Shown here: one piece after another, positions 39,645-50,600 of the stretch
How the letters are laid out: each line of letters starts with the position of its first letter
Numbering within the stretch: position 1 is the first letter of the stretch
From: an uncultured SAR86 cluster bacterium
Lineage (GTDB): Bacteria; Pseudomonadota; Gammaproteobacteria; Magnimaribacterales; TMED112
Direction: 5' to 3'
Assembly: GCA_902619265.1 (NCBI GenBank)
Contig: CACNDL010000003.1
Coordinates: 71,096-135,095, forward strand
Length of the DNA stretch: 64,000 nucleotides
Translations under genes and position numbers: made by a program
The notes under the pieces: generated by a model
What the model saw: the letters and a program-made list of their open reading frames with translations, nothing else
Database searches by the model: none
What the model was told of the DNA's origin: nothing

Positions 39645-40286
39645 ATGAAGTATTTTGTAGCTGGTTCAACAGGCTTAATTGGAAAAAACCTAATTAATAT
39701 TCTATCGGAAAATCATCAGGTAACAGCACTTACTCGAAGAGATTATAAATTCCCAGAGAATGTAGATCAGCTTATCTTAAATTATGAAAATAGTTTTGAG
39801 TTGCCGCAAGCCGATCACCTGTTTATATGTCTTGGTTTTCCTGTGGAATTATTAGATCTAATTGTGATGCGAGGTTCTGTAAAAAAACTATTTTATAAGG
39901 TTGATTATGACTATGTTTGTCATCTTGCTGAAAAAGCAAAATCAAATGGCATTGAAAATGTATCAGTGATTTCAGCGGTAGGAGCACACGCTAAATCCTT
40001 GAACTATTATTTAAAAATCAAAGGATTAATGGAGCAAAAACTTAAAAGTTTAAATTTTAAAAAATTGAATATTTTTCAACCAAGTCACCTACTTGGTGAA
40101 CGAGATAAACCGCAAGGTCATGACGTAAAGCTTTTCGAAGATATCACTAATTTTTCTGGACAATTCCTTTTTGGACCTCTGAAAAAATTCAAAAATGTTG
40201 CAGCAGCAGACATTGCCGAATTAATGGCCAAAAAATCTAGTGACAGTAGCAACGGCGTCAATATATATACTAGACTAGATATATGA
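39645..40286 (+). CDS. NAD(P)H-binding (atypical SDR / HTATIP2-like) protein
   Basis: N-terminal Rossmann motif VAGSTGLIGKNL. 213 aa. Confidence 0.6.
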   Translation: MKYFVAGSTGLIGKNLINILSENHQVTALTRRDYKFPENVDQLILNYENSFELPQADHLFICLGFPVELLDLIVMRGSVKKLFYKVDYDYVCHLAEKAKSNGIENVSVISAVGAHAKSLNYYLKIKGLMEQKLKSLNFKKLNIFQPSHLLGERDKPQGHDVKLFEDITNFSGQFLFGPLKKFKNVAAADIAELMAKKSSDSSNGVNIYTRLDI

Positions 40287-41170
40287 TAGTACTTAGAACA
40301 CCTGAAGAAAGATTTGATGGTTTAAAGGACTTTAATTTTGTACCAAATTATTTTGAAGTCTGCCACGGTGAAGACAAATTAAGAATGCATTATTTAGATG
40401 AAAATTCATCATCTAAAGAGGTAGTGCTTTTACTGCATGGAGAACCATCATGGTGTTACTTATATCGAAAGATTATTCCGTACCTAGTTGAAGCTGGGAA
40501 GAGAGTAATAGCACCTGATTTAATTGGGTTTGGAAAATCAGATAAATATAAAGATAAAGAAGCCTATACTTATGCAAATCATATTGATTGGACGTCTCAA
40601 CTATTTGATCACTTAGAGTTAGATAACATAATTTTATTTGCTCAAGATTGGGGAGGATTAATTGGTTTAAGAATACTAACTGCTCAGCCAGATAAATTTT
40701 GTGGGCTTGTTGTTTCCAATTCAGGATTGCCAGTAGGAATTGGAGCAACCGAAGGCTTCAATCAATGGTTGAATTACAGTCAAACAGTTGAGGATTTTAA
40801 TTCTGGAAAGATTGTTTATCAGGGAAGCATGAAGCAGCTAGATGAAGAGGAAATAGCTGCCTATAATGCGCCTTTTCCAGATGAAACTTATAAAGCAGGT
40901 GCAAGAGCATTCCCATTGCTTGTGCCAATAACTGATGCTCATGACCAAGTGAAAGAAAATATTGAAGCTTGGGAGGTTTTGAAAACTTTCACCAAACCGA
41001 CTCTAGCAATTTTTGGTGAATACGATATGTCTTTTAGAGATCAAGACAAATATATCATTGAAAAAATTCCAGGAGCCAAAGGATTGAATCACAGGTGGAT
41101 TGAAGCTGGACATTTTTCGCAAGAAAACCAACCTGAATTAATTGCTAAAGAAATAATAAACTTAGTTTAG
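40283..41170 (+). CDS. Haloalkane dehalogenase (HLD-I, DhlA/DhmA-like alpha/beta hydrolase)
   Basis: LHGEPSWCYLYRKIIP, nucleophile context AQDWGG (Asp-Trp), C-terminal EAGHFSQEN (His). 4-nt overlap with the upstream gene. Confidence 0.8.
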   Translation: MIVLRTPEERFDGLKDFNFVPNYFEVCHGEDKLRMHYLDENSSSKEVVLLLHGEPSWCYLYRKIIPYLVEAGKRVIAPDLIGFGKSDKYKDKEAYTYANHIDWTSQLFDHLELDNIILFAQDWGGLIGLRILTAQPDKFCGLVVSNSGLPVGIGATEGFNQWLNYSQTVEDFNSGKIVYQGSMKQLDEEEIAAYNAPFPDETYKAGARAFPLLVPITDAHDQVKENIEAWEVLKTFTKPTLAIFGEYDMSFRDQDKYIIEKIPGAKGLNHRWIEAGHFSQENQPELIAKEIINLV

Positions 41171-41760
41171 AAATAGTCAGGCATTTCTCTCAAAGCTTCT
41201 TTTCCCCAAAAAATTTGGTTGTTAAGAAAGAAAGTTGGCACTCCAAATGCACCAGCACTTACGGCATCTTCAGTATTTTTTATTAGTTTTTGCTTAACTG
41301 CTGGATCTGATGTTCTTTCAAGAATTTTTTCACCACTTAGCCCAGACTTATTTAAATGATCAATAAGAATTTCTGTATCTCCCATATTTTTTTTGTCTTC
41401 CCACATGCCTTGGGCGATAGAGTCTATATATTCAATCAAAAAATCGTCTTCCTGGGCAACTAGAGCTGCTCTTTGCATAGTAAGTGTATTAATTGGAAAA
41501 TGGGGATTGAAGCAAAATTTTGTTAATTTATGTAACTCGACAAAACGTTTTATTTCTACATCAAAATAATTGAATTTATTTGGAATATCGACATTTGCGA
41601 TCATGGGAGGTTGGTTATTTGATAACTTATGAATACCTCCTAACAAACATATTTCATAATCAAATTTAACCGAATACTTTTTTTCATACTCAGGTATTAC
41701 TTTATGGCAAAGATAACCATTTGGACTAGCGATATCAAAAATAAATTTAATGGTAACCAT
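41167..41760 (-). CDS. 2-hydroxychromene-2-carboxylate isomerase / DsbA-like thioredoxin-fold protein
   Basis: N-terminal IKFIFDIASPNGYL and C-terminal GAFGVPTFFLNNQIFWGKEAL are typical of the family. Confidence 0.7.
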   Translation of the reverse strand: MVTIKFIFDIASPNGYLCHKVIPEYEKKYSVKFDYEICLLGGIHKLSNNQPPMIANVDIPNKFNYFDVEIKRFVELHKLTKFCFNPHFPINTLTMQRAALVAQEDDFLIEYIDSIAQGMWEDKKNMGDTEILIDHLNKSGLSGEKILERTSDPAVKQKLIKNTEDAVSAGAFGVPTFFLNNQIFWGKEALREMPDYF

Positions 41761-41816
41761 ATTGGGATAAGTAATTTAATATTATCTTAAGATTAAATTA
41801 TAAACATAAGAGTATT

Positions 41817-42539
41817 TTGAAAAAAGGATCAGTAATAATTGTTGGAACTGGACCAGGTTTGGGTTCAAGCCTGGCTAGAAAATTTGCCAAAGAGGGTCAT
41901 CATGTTTTTGTTGCAAGAAGGGAACGGAATGCAGCAGCATTGGATGAGCTTTGCGATGAAATAAAAAATAATGGCGGTAATGCGACAGCAATTGCAACAG
42001 ATGCTCGGGATGAAGATCAGGTAATAAATTTATTTTCCAAGGTAAGTGAACATGGTCAGATTGATTGTGTAATTTTTAATATCGGCGCAAATGTTTTTTT
42101 TCCTATCAAAGATACAACTGCCAGAGTATTTAAAAAAGTTTGGGAAATGGCAACCTTTGCTGGTTTTTTAGTTGGTCGCGAATCAGCTAAGCATATGAAA
42201 AACAAAGGCACTATTATTTTCACAGGTGCTACAGCTTCACTGAGAGGAAGTTCTGGCTTCAGTGCTTTTTCATCTGCTAAATTTGGTTTAAGAGCCCTCG
42301 CTCAGTCCCTTGCAAGAGAGCTAGGACCTCAAGGAATACATGTTGTTCATACAATAATTGATGGAGCCATAGATCATCCATGGATCAAAGAAAATTTTCC
42401 AGACACCTATAAGCTTAAAGCAGTGGATGGTATTTTAAATCCTGATCAAATTGCTGAAACATATTACAATCTACATTTACAAGAAAAATCTGTGTGGACA
42501 CATGAAATTGATTTACGTCCCTACATGGAGAAATTTTGA
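41817..42539 (+). CDS. Short-chain dehydrogenase/reductase
   Basis: Cofactor motif VGTGPGLGSSLARKF. Catalytic SxnYxxxK region replaced by SAFSSAKFG (S...K). TTG start. Confidence 0.75.
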   Translation: MKKGSVIIVGTGPGLGSSLARKFAKEGHHVFVARRERNAAALDELCDEIKNNGGNATAIATDARDEDQVINLFSKVSEHGQIDCVIFNIGANVFFPIKDTTARVFKKVWEMATFAGFLVGRESAKHMKNKGTIIFTGATASLRGSSGFSAFSSAKFGLRALAQSLARELGPQGIHVVHTIIDGAIDHPWIKENFPDTYKLKAVDGILNPDQIAETYYNLHLQEKSVWTHEIDLRPYMEKF

Positions 42540-42958
42540 GTATGAGTAAAGAAGTAAAAGATTTTTTTTCTACCTACAGTGACTTTGTGAAAAAAGTTAC
42601 AAGTGAACCAAGTCTTGATCTTGAGGCTCTTAAAACTAGCTTAAAAAATATTGACGAAAAATCTCCAATTGAGTCTGCCAGATTACTAACTGCTGCCTTA
42701 GGTTTGGGAAGTGAATCTGGAGAATTTGTAGAAATTGTTAAAAAAATGTTTCTTCAAGGTAAGCCACCGACAGAAGACAATATTTTTCATATGAAAAGAG
42801 AGCTTGGGGATATTATGTGGTACTGGGTAACAGCATGTGCTGCCTTAAAACTCGATCCTTACGAAGTAATAAGTGAAAATCAGCAAAAACTTGAAGCCAG
42901 ATATGGAGAACAATTCGAAGTCCAAAGAAGTGAGGTCAGAAAAGAAGGCGATTTATAA
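42536..42958 (+). CDS. MazG-like nucleotide pyrophosphohydrolase
   Basis: 140 aa. ESGEFVEIVKK ... ELGDIMWY (the EExxE/ExxD-type helices of the all-alpha NTP-PPase fold). Confidence 0.65.
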   Translation: MSMSKEVKDFFSTYSDFVKKVTSEPSLDLEALKTSLKNIDEKSPIESARLLTAALGLGSESGEFVEIVKKMFLQGKPPTEDNIFHMKRELGDIMWYWVTACAALKLDPYEVISENQQKLEARYGEQFEVQRSEVRKEGDL

Positions 42959-43101
42959 ATACGTTGTAACCTTTTTTTAAATCATTTTTACTGACTAATC
43001 TAATCTTTGTCTTTACACAATAAAACCAGCAAAAGAGAAATTTATTAAGAGAAAGTTTATAATTAACTTGGCTAGATTATGGTTTTCCATAGGAGTAAAA
43101 G

Positions 43102-46100
43102 TTGCAAAAGAAAATCTCTTTAAGCGATAAGTATGAAAAAAGGGAAGGTAAAATTTTCCTTACCGGCATACAAGCACTTGTTAGGCTTCCTTTAATTCAA
43201 AAAGATCTTGATACTCAAAATAATCTTAATACCGGAGGATTTATCTCAGGTTACAAAGGCTCACCTCTTGGTGGTTATGATTTAGAACTCAGTAAAGCTC
43301 AAAAATATTTAGATGAAAAAAATATATTTCATCAACCTGGTTTAAATGAAGAACTGGGAGCTACTGCAGTTTGGGGCGCTCAACAGGGTGAATTCAAACA
43401 AAGAGGAAAAAAAGATGGCGTATTTGGAATATGGTATGGGAAAGGTCCAGGCATGGATAGAACAATGGATGTATTTAAACATGCCAACGCTGCAGGCTCA
43501 TCAAAATACGGTGGTGTGCTAGCCATTGCCGGTGATGATCATGCTGCAAAATCGTCGACATTGCCTCATCAATCCGATCATAACTTTATGAGTGCATTTA
43601 TGCCTTATCTTTACCCTTCAGGTGTTGATGAAATTGTTAGATTCGGACTCTTAGGTATAGCTATGAGTAGATATAGTGGCTGTTGGACAGGTTTTAAAAT
43701 AGTTTCTGATGTTGCAGATTCAGGAAAAAGGTATGATACAGAGTTAGAAAAATTTCCAATAGTAATTCCAGATGGAAGCTCCTTAGGAGAATATAAAGAT
43801 CTTCCTAGAAACATACTTTATTCTGACACACCTAGAGAACAAGATTATAGATTGCAAAGAGCAAAAGGTTTTGCCGCACAAGAATTTGTAAGAGCAAACA
43901 ATATAGATGTGTCTATGTGGAAAAGCGGTAATTCTAAAATGGGAATAATTACCGCTGGAAAATCCTACAACGATGTTAGAGAGGCATTAAGATGGTTAAA
44001 TATTGACGAGAGCAAGGCAAAAGAACTTGGTATTTGTATATATAAAGTTGGTATGCCATGGCCGTTAGAGCCTCATGGAGTTAGAGAGTTTTGTGAAGGT
44101 TTAGATACTGTTTTGGTGGTTGAAGAGAAAAGAGAACTCATAGAGCATCAAGTGAAATGGCAATTATATAATTGGAAGGATAGTGTTAGACCAACAGTAA
44201 TAGGCAAACAAGATGAATATGGAAATTGGTTATTACCAGCTGAGAATGATTTGCCATTACAGACAATTGTTGAAGCAATTTCTACAAGACTTCATAAAAT
44301 ATCAGGTGACTCTGAGCTTTTGAAAAATCTTGAGTGGTTCAAGAATAGAGCTAAAGAACAAAATAACTTAGAGGCACCAATAATAAGAAAACCTTTCTTC
44401 TGTTCAGGATGTCCTCATAACTCGTCTCTGAAAGTCCCTGAGGGCAAAAGAGCATTAGGTGGAATTGGATGCCATTACATGGCAGTTGATTCAATTGAAA
44501 GTACAGAATTTTTTACTCAAATGGGTGGTGAAGGAACGCCTTGGATTGGAATAGCTCCTTTTTCTCATGAAAAACATGTATTCGCAAACTTAGGTGACGG
44601 CACATATAAACACTCCGGCATTTTGGCTATAAGGGCATCGCTAGACGCAAATGTAAATATAACTTACAAAATTCTTTACAACGATGCAGTTGCAATGACA
44701 GGAGGACAAGAGATTGGTTCCAACTGGGATGTTGAAGGCATAGTAAAACAAGTTCTAGCCGAAGGAGTAAAAAAAGTTTCAATCCTGTCCGAGGACCCTA
44801 AAAGATATAACCATTTGGTTAAAAATGAAGTTAAAAGCCTTCACAGAGATGCAATCATTATCGAACAAGAGGAGTTGAGCAAATATGAAGGAGTTAGTAT
44901 TTTAATTTTTGATCAGACTTGTGCTGCGGAAAAGAGGAGAAGAAGAAAAAGGGGTTTGATGGAAGACCCAAAAAAAAGAGTAGTAATAAATAAAGATGTT
45001 TGTGAGGGTTGTGGCGATTGTTCTGTTCAATCAAATTGTGTTTCTATTGAGCCTTTAGAAACTGAATTAGGAAGAAAAAGGAAAATAAACCAGTCCAACT
45101 GCAATAAAGACTACTCTTGTATTAAAGGATTTTGCCCATCTTTTGTCACAGTGGATGCAGAGATCAAAAACAATACTGGATTTAAAGATCTTGGAGAATT
45201 GCCTGAGCCACAATTCAAAACTAATCAGGACGTAAATAATATTATGTTGACTGGAATAGGTGGTACTGGCGTTTTAACTATATCTGCAATACTGGCATAT
45301 GCAGCACATTACGAGGGAAAAGATGCATCAGTATTAGATATGACTGGATTAGCACAAAAAGGTGGAGCAGTATGGTCGCACATTAAAATTTTTGAAAAAA
45401 ATAACAAACCTTACAGTCAAAAAATTGCACCAGGAGCTGCTAATGTCTTGCTTGCTTGTGATGGTGTGGTTGGAACTAAACCCGAAATTCAAGAAGTCAT
45501 TTCTAAAGAAAAAACTATAGCAGTTTTAAATAGCAACACTATACCCGTAGCAGACTTCATCACCCAAAGAGATATAGATTTTAAAAATAATGATGTTTTT
45601 CAAATGCTTGAGAATACTACAAATAAAATTATCTCCAGCGTTCCAGCAATTAACATTTCGGAAAAACTATCAGGCGATGCGATAGGAACGAATATGTTGA
45701 TGTTAGGAAGTGCTTATCAAAATGGTTTGATTCCATTAAAGGCTGAAAATATTTTTAAAGCAATTGAGTTAAATGGTATTGGGATTGAAAGAAATATATA
45801 TAACTTTAACTTAGGGAGACTTTATACAATCAATCCAAACCATGAAATATTCTCATTTTTAGCTGAAAATGAGGTCTTAAATTTAAATTCAATTGAACTT
45901 TTCGAAGACAGATTAAAACGCATAGAAAATTATGATCAAAGAGTCGTAGATGATTTCATAAAAGATAAAAATACTATAGACCAGATACTGTCCGAGGAAG
46001 CTGATACTGAAAATATTACAAAAGAGGCAATTAAAGAGCTTTATAGAGTTTATGCGATTAAAGATGAGTATGAAGTAGCTAGAATGCATCTTGAAAGCAC

Positions 46101-46599
46101 CTCAAAAATTTTAGATAACACTTTTACAGCTTGGAATAACTTAAAGTTTTATTTATCTCCACCAATAATCTCTTTTATTAAAGATAAAAGAACTCAAAGA
46201 CCGATAAAGATAGCAATACCTGGATATATAGCTTTACCAATTTTTAAGATACTTAAGTCTATGAAATTTTTAAGAGGTACAATTTTTGATCCGCTCAATT
46301 TAACCGAAGATAGAAGACGAGATAAAGAGCACAAAGCAGTTTTTAGAAATAAACTCGCTGAAATAAATAATCTAATTACTGGGGTAAAAAGTAATAAATT
46401 ATTGGAATTGATTGAAGCTTCAAAAGAAGTCAAAGGATATGGACCTGTCAGAGCAGAATCATATGAAATTTTTAAGTCCAGAATAAATTTCACGAGTAAA
46501 AAAGGTTTAAGGGTTTTAAGCAATATTTTCAGGTTTGAGACTAGAAATAATATCCAAGCAAAAAAGCATAAAGCTCGAAAAGAAAATAGGGCAGAATGA
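43102..46599 (+). CDS. Indolepyruvate ferredoxin oxidoreductase family protein (fused alpha-beta, ~1165 aa)
   Basis: TPP-enzyme N-terminal region (IFLTGIQALVRLPL). Fe-S motif CEGCGDCSVQSNC. GIGGTGV in the C-terminal domain. TTG start preceded by AGGAG. Confidence 0.85.
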   Translation: MQKKISLSDKYEKREGKIFLTGIQALVRLPLIQKDLDTQNNLNTGGFISGYKGSPLGGYDLELSKAQKYLDEKNIFHQPGLNEELGATAVWGAQQGEFKQRGKKDGVFGIWYGKGPGMDRTMDVFKHANAAGSSKYGGVLAIAGDDHAAKSSTLPHQSDHNFMSAFMPYLYPSGVDEIVRFGLLGIAMSRYSGCWTGFKIVSDVADSGKRYDTELEKFPIVIPDGSSLGEYKDLPRNILYSDTPREQDYRLQRAKGFAAQEFVRANNIDVSMWKSGNSKMGIITAGKSYNDVREALRWLNIDESKAKELGICIYKVGMPWPLEPHGVREFCEGLDTVLVVEEKRELIEHQVKWQLYNWKDSVRPTVIGKQDEYGNWLLPAENDLPLQTIVEAISTRLHKISGDSELLKNLEWFKNRAKEQNNLEAPIIRKPFFCSGCPHNSSLKVPEGKRALGGIGCHYMAVDSIESTEFFTQMGGEGTPWIGIAPFSHEKHVFANLGDGTYKHSGILAIRASLDANVNITYKILYNDAVAMTGGQEIGSNWDVEGIVKQVLAEGVKKVSILSEDPKRYNHLVKNEVKSLHRDAIIIEQEELSKYEGVSILIFDQTCAAEKRRRRKRGLMEDPKKRVVINKDVCEGCGDCSVQSNCVSIEPLETELGRKRKINQSNCNKDYSCIKGFCPSFVTVDAEIKNNTGFKDLGELPEPQFKTNQDVNNIMLTGIGGTGVLTISAILAYAAHYEGKDASVLDMTGLAQKGGAVWSHIKIFEKNNKPYSQKIAPGAANVLLACDGVVGTKPEIQEVISKEKTIAVLNSNTIPVADFITQRDIDFKNNDVFQMLENTTNKIISSVPAINISEKLSGDAIGTNMLMLGSAYQNGLIPLKAENIFKAIELNGIGIERNIYNFNLGRLYTINPNHEIFSFLAENEVLNLNSIELFEDRLKRIENYDQRVVDDFIKDKNTIDQILSEEADTENITKEAIKELYRVYAIKDEYEVARMHLESTSKILDNTFTAWNNLKFYLSPPIISFIKDKRTQRPIKIAIPGYIALPIFKILKSMKFLRGTIFDPLNLTEDRRRDKEHKAVFRNKLAEINNLITGVKSNKLLELIEASKEVKGYGPVRAESYEIFKSRINFTSKKGLRVLSNIFRFETRNNIQAKKHKARKENRAE

Positions 46600-47018
46600 T
46601 AAAAGTATCAGATAATTATTATGTTTCTCCTCAGATTAGTGAAGAGGATCTAGATTATTTCAAAAATGAGGGATTCAGTTTGGTAGTTTGTAATAGACCA
46701 AACGGCGAAGAAGATTCTCAAATTGATTTTGAGATTATTCAAAAGCGTTGTGAGTCAATTGGCTTAACTTTCATAAATTTACCTATGGTTCCTGGTAACT
46801 TAGAATCTGAATTAATACTTCAAACAAAAAAAATTCTAGATAAAAATCAAAAAACTTTAGCTTATTGCAGAACTGGAACAAGATGTATAAATCTTTGGGC
46901 TTGTGCAAATGTATTTGAAGCTGACGTTGATGAAACTATTGAAAATGCTACAAAGGCTGGATATGACTTAGATCATCTAAGGCCTTTACTTATATCTATA
47001 AACTCTACTGCTTCTTAA
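46596..47018 (+). CDS. TIGR01244 / DUF442 family phosphatase-fold protein
   Basis: VSPQIS...GFSLVVCNRPNGEE...AYCRTGTRCINLW (active-site-like Cys/Arg loop). 4-nt overlap with the upstream gene. Confidence 0.7.
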   Translation: MIKVSDNYYVSPQISEEDLDYFKNEGFSLVVCNRPNGEEDSQIDFEIIQKRCESIGLTFINLPMVPGNLESELILQTKKILDKNQKTLAYCRTGTRCINLWACANVFEADVDETIENATKAGYDLDHLRPLLISINSTAS

Positions 47019-47262
47019 AAAGTAGAAAAAACCAAACTATAGGTATTACTAACAGACACCCAAAGGTAATATTTAAAGCAAGCATTAGTGGAAAATCTAC
47101 TATTGCACCAAGGAAGTCTGACAAGGAGTTTCCGATTAAAGCACCATACAAAGCTCCATTTACACCAGAACCTTTAAAATATTTATCAATATCTATACCT
47201 AAAACAGTAGCAAATGCTAGAACACCATTATCAATCAGACCATAGATTATCCCATCAGGCAT
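47005..47262 (-). CDS. Small membrane protein (85 aa), unknown function
   Basis: Gly/Ala/Leu-rich hydrophobic sequence. Start shares 1 nt with the stop of the upstream gene (TAATG). Confidence 0.4.
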   Translation of the reverse strand: MPDGIIYGLIDNGVLAFATVLGIDIDKYFKGSGVNGALYGALIGNSLSDFLGAIVDFPLMLALNITFGCLLVIPIVWFFLLFKKQ

Positions 47263-47648
47263 TAGAAAATTTTCCTTTTCATATTTTTCAAAGTTACATA
47301 TAAAAATACGAAATAAACAACTTCAAAAGCAGTGAAACCTATTAGAAATGCTGATGTAAACTCACCATAAATTAAAGTTATGATTCTTCCCAGCAGAATA
47401 CCAGTTATTAAAAAAAGCAATATCTTAAAAAATATTTCTTCATGCTGGGGTTTAAATACTGCGTAAAGTGCAAAAAGACCAACTAAAAAATTTATACCAC
47501 CATAAACGGATCTGATTTCAGCTGACCCAAGATTTGAAGTTAAGCTCAAACCTACATCATCTACATAAGAAGCTGGATCAAATAAAGCCCAGCCGCCTAG
47601 CCAGCCATACATTATTGCAGTGAACAGTAAAAAAATTTTATTAATCAT
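47262..47648 (-). CDS. DUF4345-like four-TM membrane protein
   Basis: IMYGWLGGWALFDP...AEIRSVYGGINFLVGLF resembles DUF4345. Start shares 1 nt with the putA stop. Confidence 0.5.
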   Translation of the reverse strand: MINKIFLLFTAIMYGWLGGWALFDPASYVDDVGLSLTSNLGSAEIRSVYGGINFLVGLFALYAVFKPQHEEIFFKILLFLITGILLGRIITLIYGEFTSAFLIGFTAFEVVYFVFLYVTLKNMKRKIF

Positions 47649-50600
47649 TACTCATTATTTTTAGTTAATAAGTCTATATTACCACCTGTTGCCATAACAT
47701 TGTCAGTGAAAGTTTTTTCAGTAACAAAACTATGTAAATAATTTGGTCCACCAGCTTTAGGGCCGGTACCACTTAGCCCTTGGCCACCAAAAGGCTGCAC
47801 ACCGACAACTGCACCAACAATGTCTCTATTTAAATAGAAGTTACCTACATTAGCTTTATCAAAAATCTGTTTCGCCTTATCAAGAATTCTTGAATGCACA
47901 CCCATTGTTAACCCAAAACCAGTCGCATTAATTTCATTAATTAAGTTATCGAGATCAGACGTTTTATAACTAATGAAATGCAGTACTGGTCCAAATTTTT
48001 CGCCATCAATTTCTTTAATTGAATCAATTTTGAAGGCTATTGGATTCATAAAAAATGATTGCTTATCAAATTTTTCCTTTGTTTCAATGAATTCTTTCCC
48101 TTGTTTTTTTAATTTAGCAACATGATCTTGTAATTTTGATATCGAAGTTTTGTTTATAATTGGTCCAATATCAGTACATGGTTTCTGAGGGTCTCCAACT
48201 TTGATTTCTTGCATAGCTTCATTTAAATATTCCCAGTATTCTTGAGCAATATCTTCTTGAACAAATACAACTCTCAAAGCACTACATCTTTGTCCTGAAC
48301 TATAGAAAGCTGACCTTATCACATCATCTATAACTTGCTCTTTTAATGAAGACGAATCTACGAACATCGCATTTTGCCCACCTGTTTCAGCAATAAGAGA
48401 TTTAATTGGTCCTTCTGATTTTGCCAGATTAAGATTTATGGATTTAGCAGCTATAGTTGAACCGGTAAATGCCACACCATTTAACTCATTAAGTTTTGTT
48501 AATTCATTACCTATTTCTTTTCCACCAATAACTAATTGCAGTACAGATTCAGGCACACCACTTTCATGAAAAAGTTTTACTATTTGAAAAGCAATTAATG
48601 AAGTATCTTCTGCAGGTTTTGCTAACACCTTATTTCCAGAAACTAACGCAGCAGCAATTTGCCCAATAAAGATTGCCATAGGGAAATTCCAAGGGCTGAT
48701 GCACAAGAAATTTCCCTTTGGAGCAACCGATAAAAAGTTTTTTTCTCCAGATGGACTTTCTAGCTCCACAGGTGTAAAAATCTTAGATGCTTGTAGACAA
48801 TAGTAATTAATAAAATCTACTGATTCTCTTATTTCTGCATCACAGTCTTTCAGGCTTTTACCTGCTTCCTTTACTAATAAGGCATAAAATAGATTTGCAT
48901 TGTCTTGGAGCAAAATTGCAGCTTTCTTTAAAACTTCTATTCGACTTTTAACTGAAGATTTTCTCCAATCATCACCATTATTAAAATTAATTTTGCTTAG
49001 ATTATCTTTTGAAAGATAAGATACTCTTCCAATTTTTTTTGATTGATCGCTAGGTGAAAATTTATCTTCATATGTATCTATTACTTCTTCACCATGAAGT
49101 AATGAGCAAGCATAGAAATCATGATTATCAAATGCTGCTATGTTTTTTGTTAGATTTTCTATCTCCATTAAGTCCCCAAAATCAAAACCTTGCGAATTCT
49201 CTCTATCGGAGAAAATTTTATTAGGTCTCGGAACCTGCTTTAAGAAATTTTTTCCGGAAAGGTTTTTAGTTGCTATCTCTATTGGATTTTTAACAACTTC
49301 TTTTACTGGAATATCTTTGGATAGGTATTTGTTTACGAAAGAACTATTAGCTCCGTTTTCTAATAGTCTTCTGACCAGGTAAGGTAGTAGTTCTTTTTTG
49401 GAACCAACCGGCGCATAAACTCTTGTCAAAGGAAATTCTGAATAAACTTTTTGAGCATTTCTATATGTAAGGTCACCCATCCCGAATATTCTTTGAAATT
49501 CAAACTGATCTTCTCGACCTTGATAAAGATGCATAATTCCTGCAATTGTATGAGCATTATGTGTAGCAAAATACGGGCGTAGATTCTTTGTATCAGAAAT
49601 TATTTTTGCAGTTGAAAGGTAATTTAAATCTGTAAAAGATTTAGACGTAAAAACTGGCAAATCTGCTGCACCCTTGACCTGATGAATTTTTATCTCTTGG
49701 TCCCAATAAGCGCCTTTAACCAATCTCATCATCATGCCGTTTCTATTTGCACCAAGTTCATCAATAAATTTAACAACTACCGGAGCTCTTTTACCGTAAG
49801 CTTGTATTGCTAAACCTAAACCACTCCAATCTTTTAAGTCTTTTCGTTTAGCCAGATTCTCAATAAGGTGAAGACTAAGTTCTAATCTATCCTGTTCTTC
49901 AGCATCAATAGTTAAAGCTATATCATGTGCAGCAGACTGAACGCAAAGCTGATACACCCTTTCTAATAGCTCATCCATCACTCTATCTTTTTTTGTTGCT
50001 TCGTATCTTGGATGAATAGCTGAAAGTTTTATGGAAATTTCGTGAAAAGATTTTGAAAGTAAGGCATTTTTTTCACCAACCTTTCTTATTGCTTCTTCAT
50101 AAGCATTGAAGAAAAAATCTACATCAGATTGGGTCCTTGCAGCTTCACCAAGCATATCAAATGAACAAGGTACTTTAGGCTGATCAAATTTATTCAACGC
50201 GTCATCAATATCAATACCCGATACAAACTCTTCACTTAAGATTTCCATACCTTTTTTAATGGCTTCCCTTAGGATTGGATCACCCAATCTTGAAGTTAAA
50301 CCTTGGAACCAGCTAATTGGGTTTGCACTAATATTTTTATCTAACTCAACGACTTGTTCAGCTAGGAATAAACCAAAAGTTGTAGCATTTACAAATAAGG
50401 ATGGAGAGCTATTGAAGTGATCCAGCCATTTTTTTCCACCTATTTTTTCTTCAATAATTTCATCACAAGTTTCATTGTCTGGAATCCTTAGGAGTGACTC
50501 CGCCAGACACATTAAAGCTATGCCTTCTTGATTGCTTAAACCATATTCTAGAAAAAAATTATCTAATCTAGTCTTATTTCTGTCTTGACGACATCTATTT

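Noticed and set aside
42959-43101. Regulatory RNA or riboswitch in the 143-bp gap upstream of the indolepyruvate oxidoreductase-family gene
   Set aside because: The region is AT-rich with no convincing stem-loops or conserved riboswitch cores. Only a trivial CTAATCTAATCT duplication is visible.
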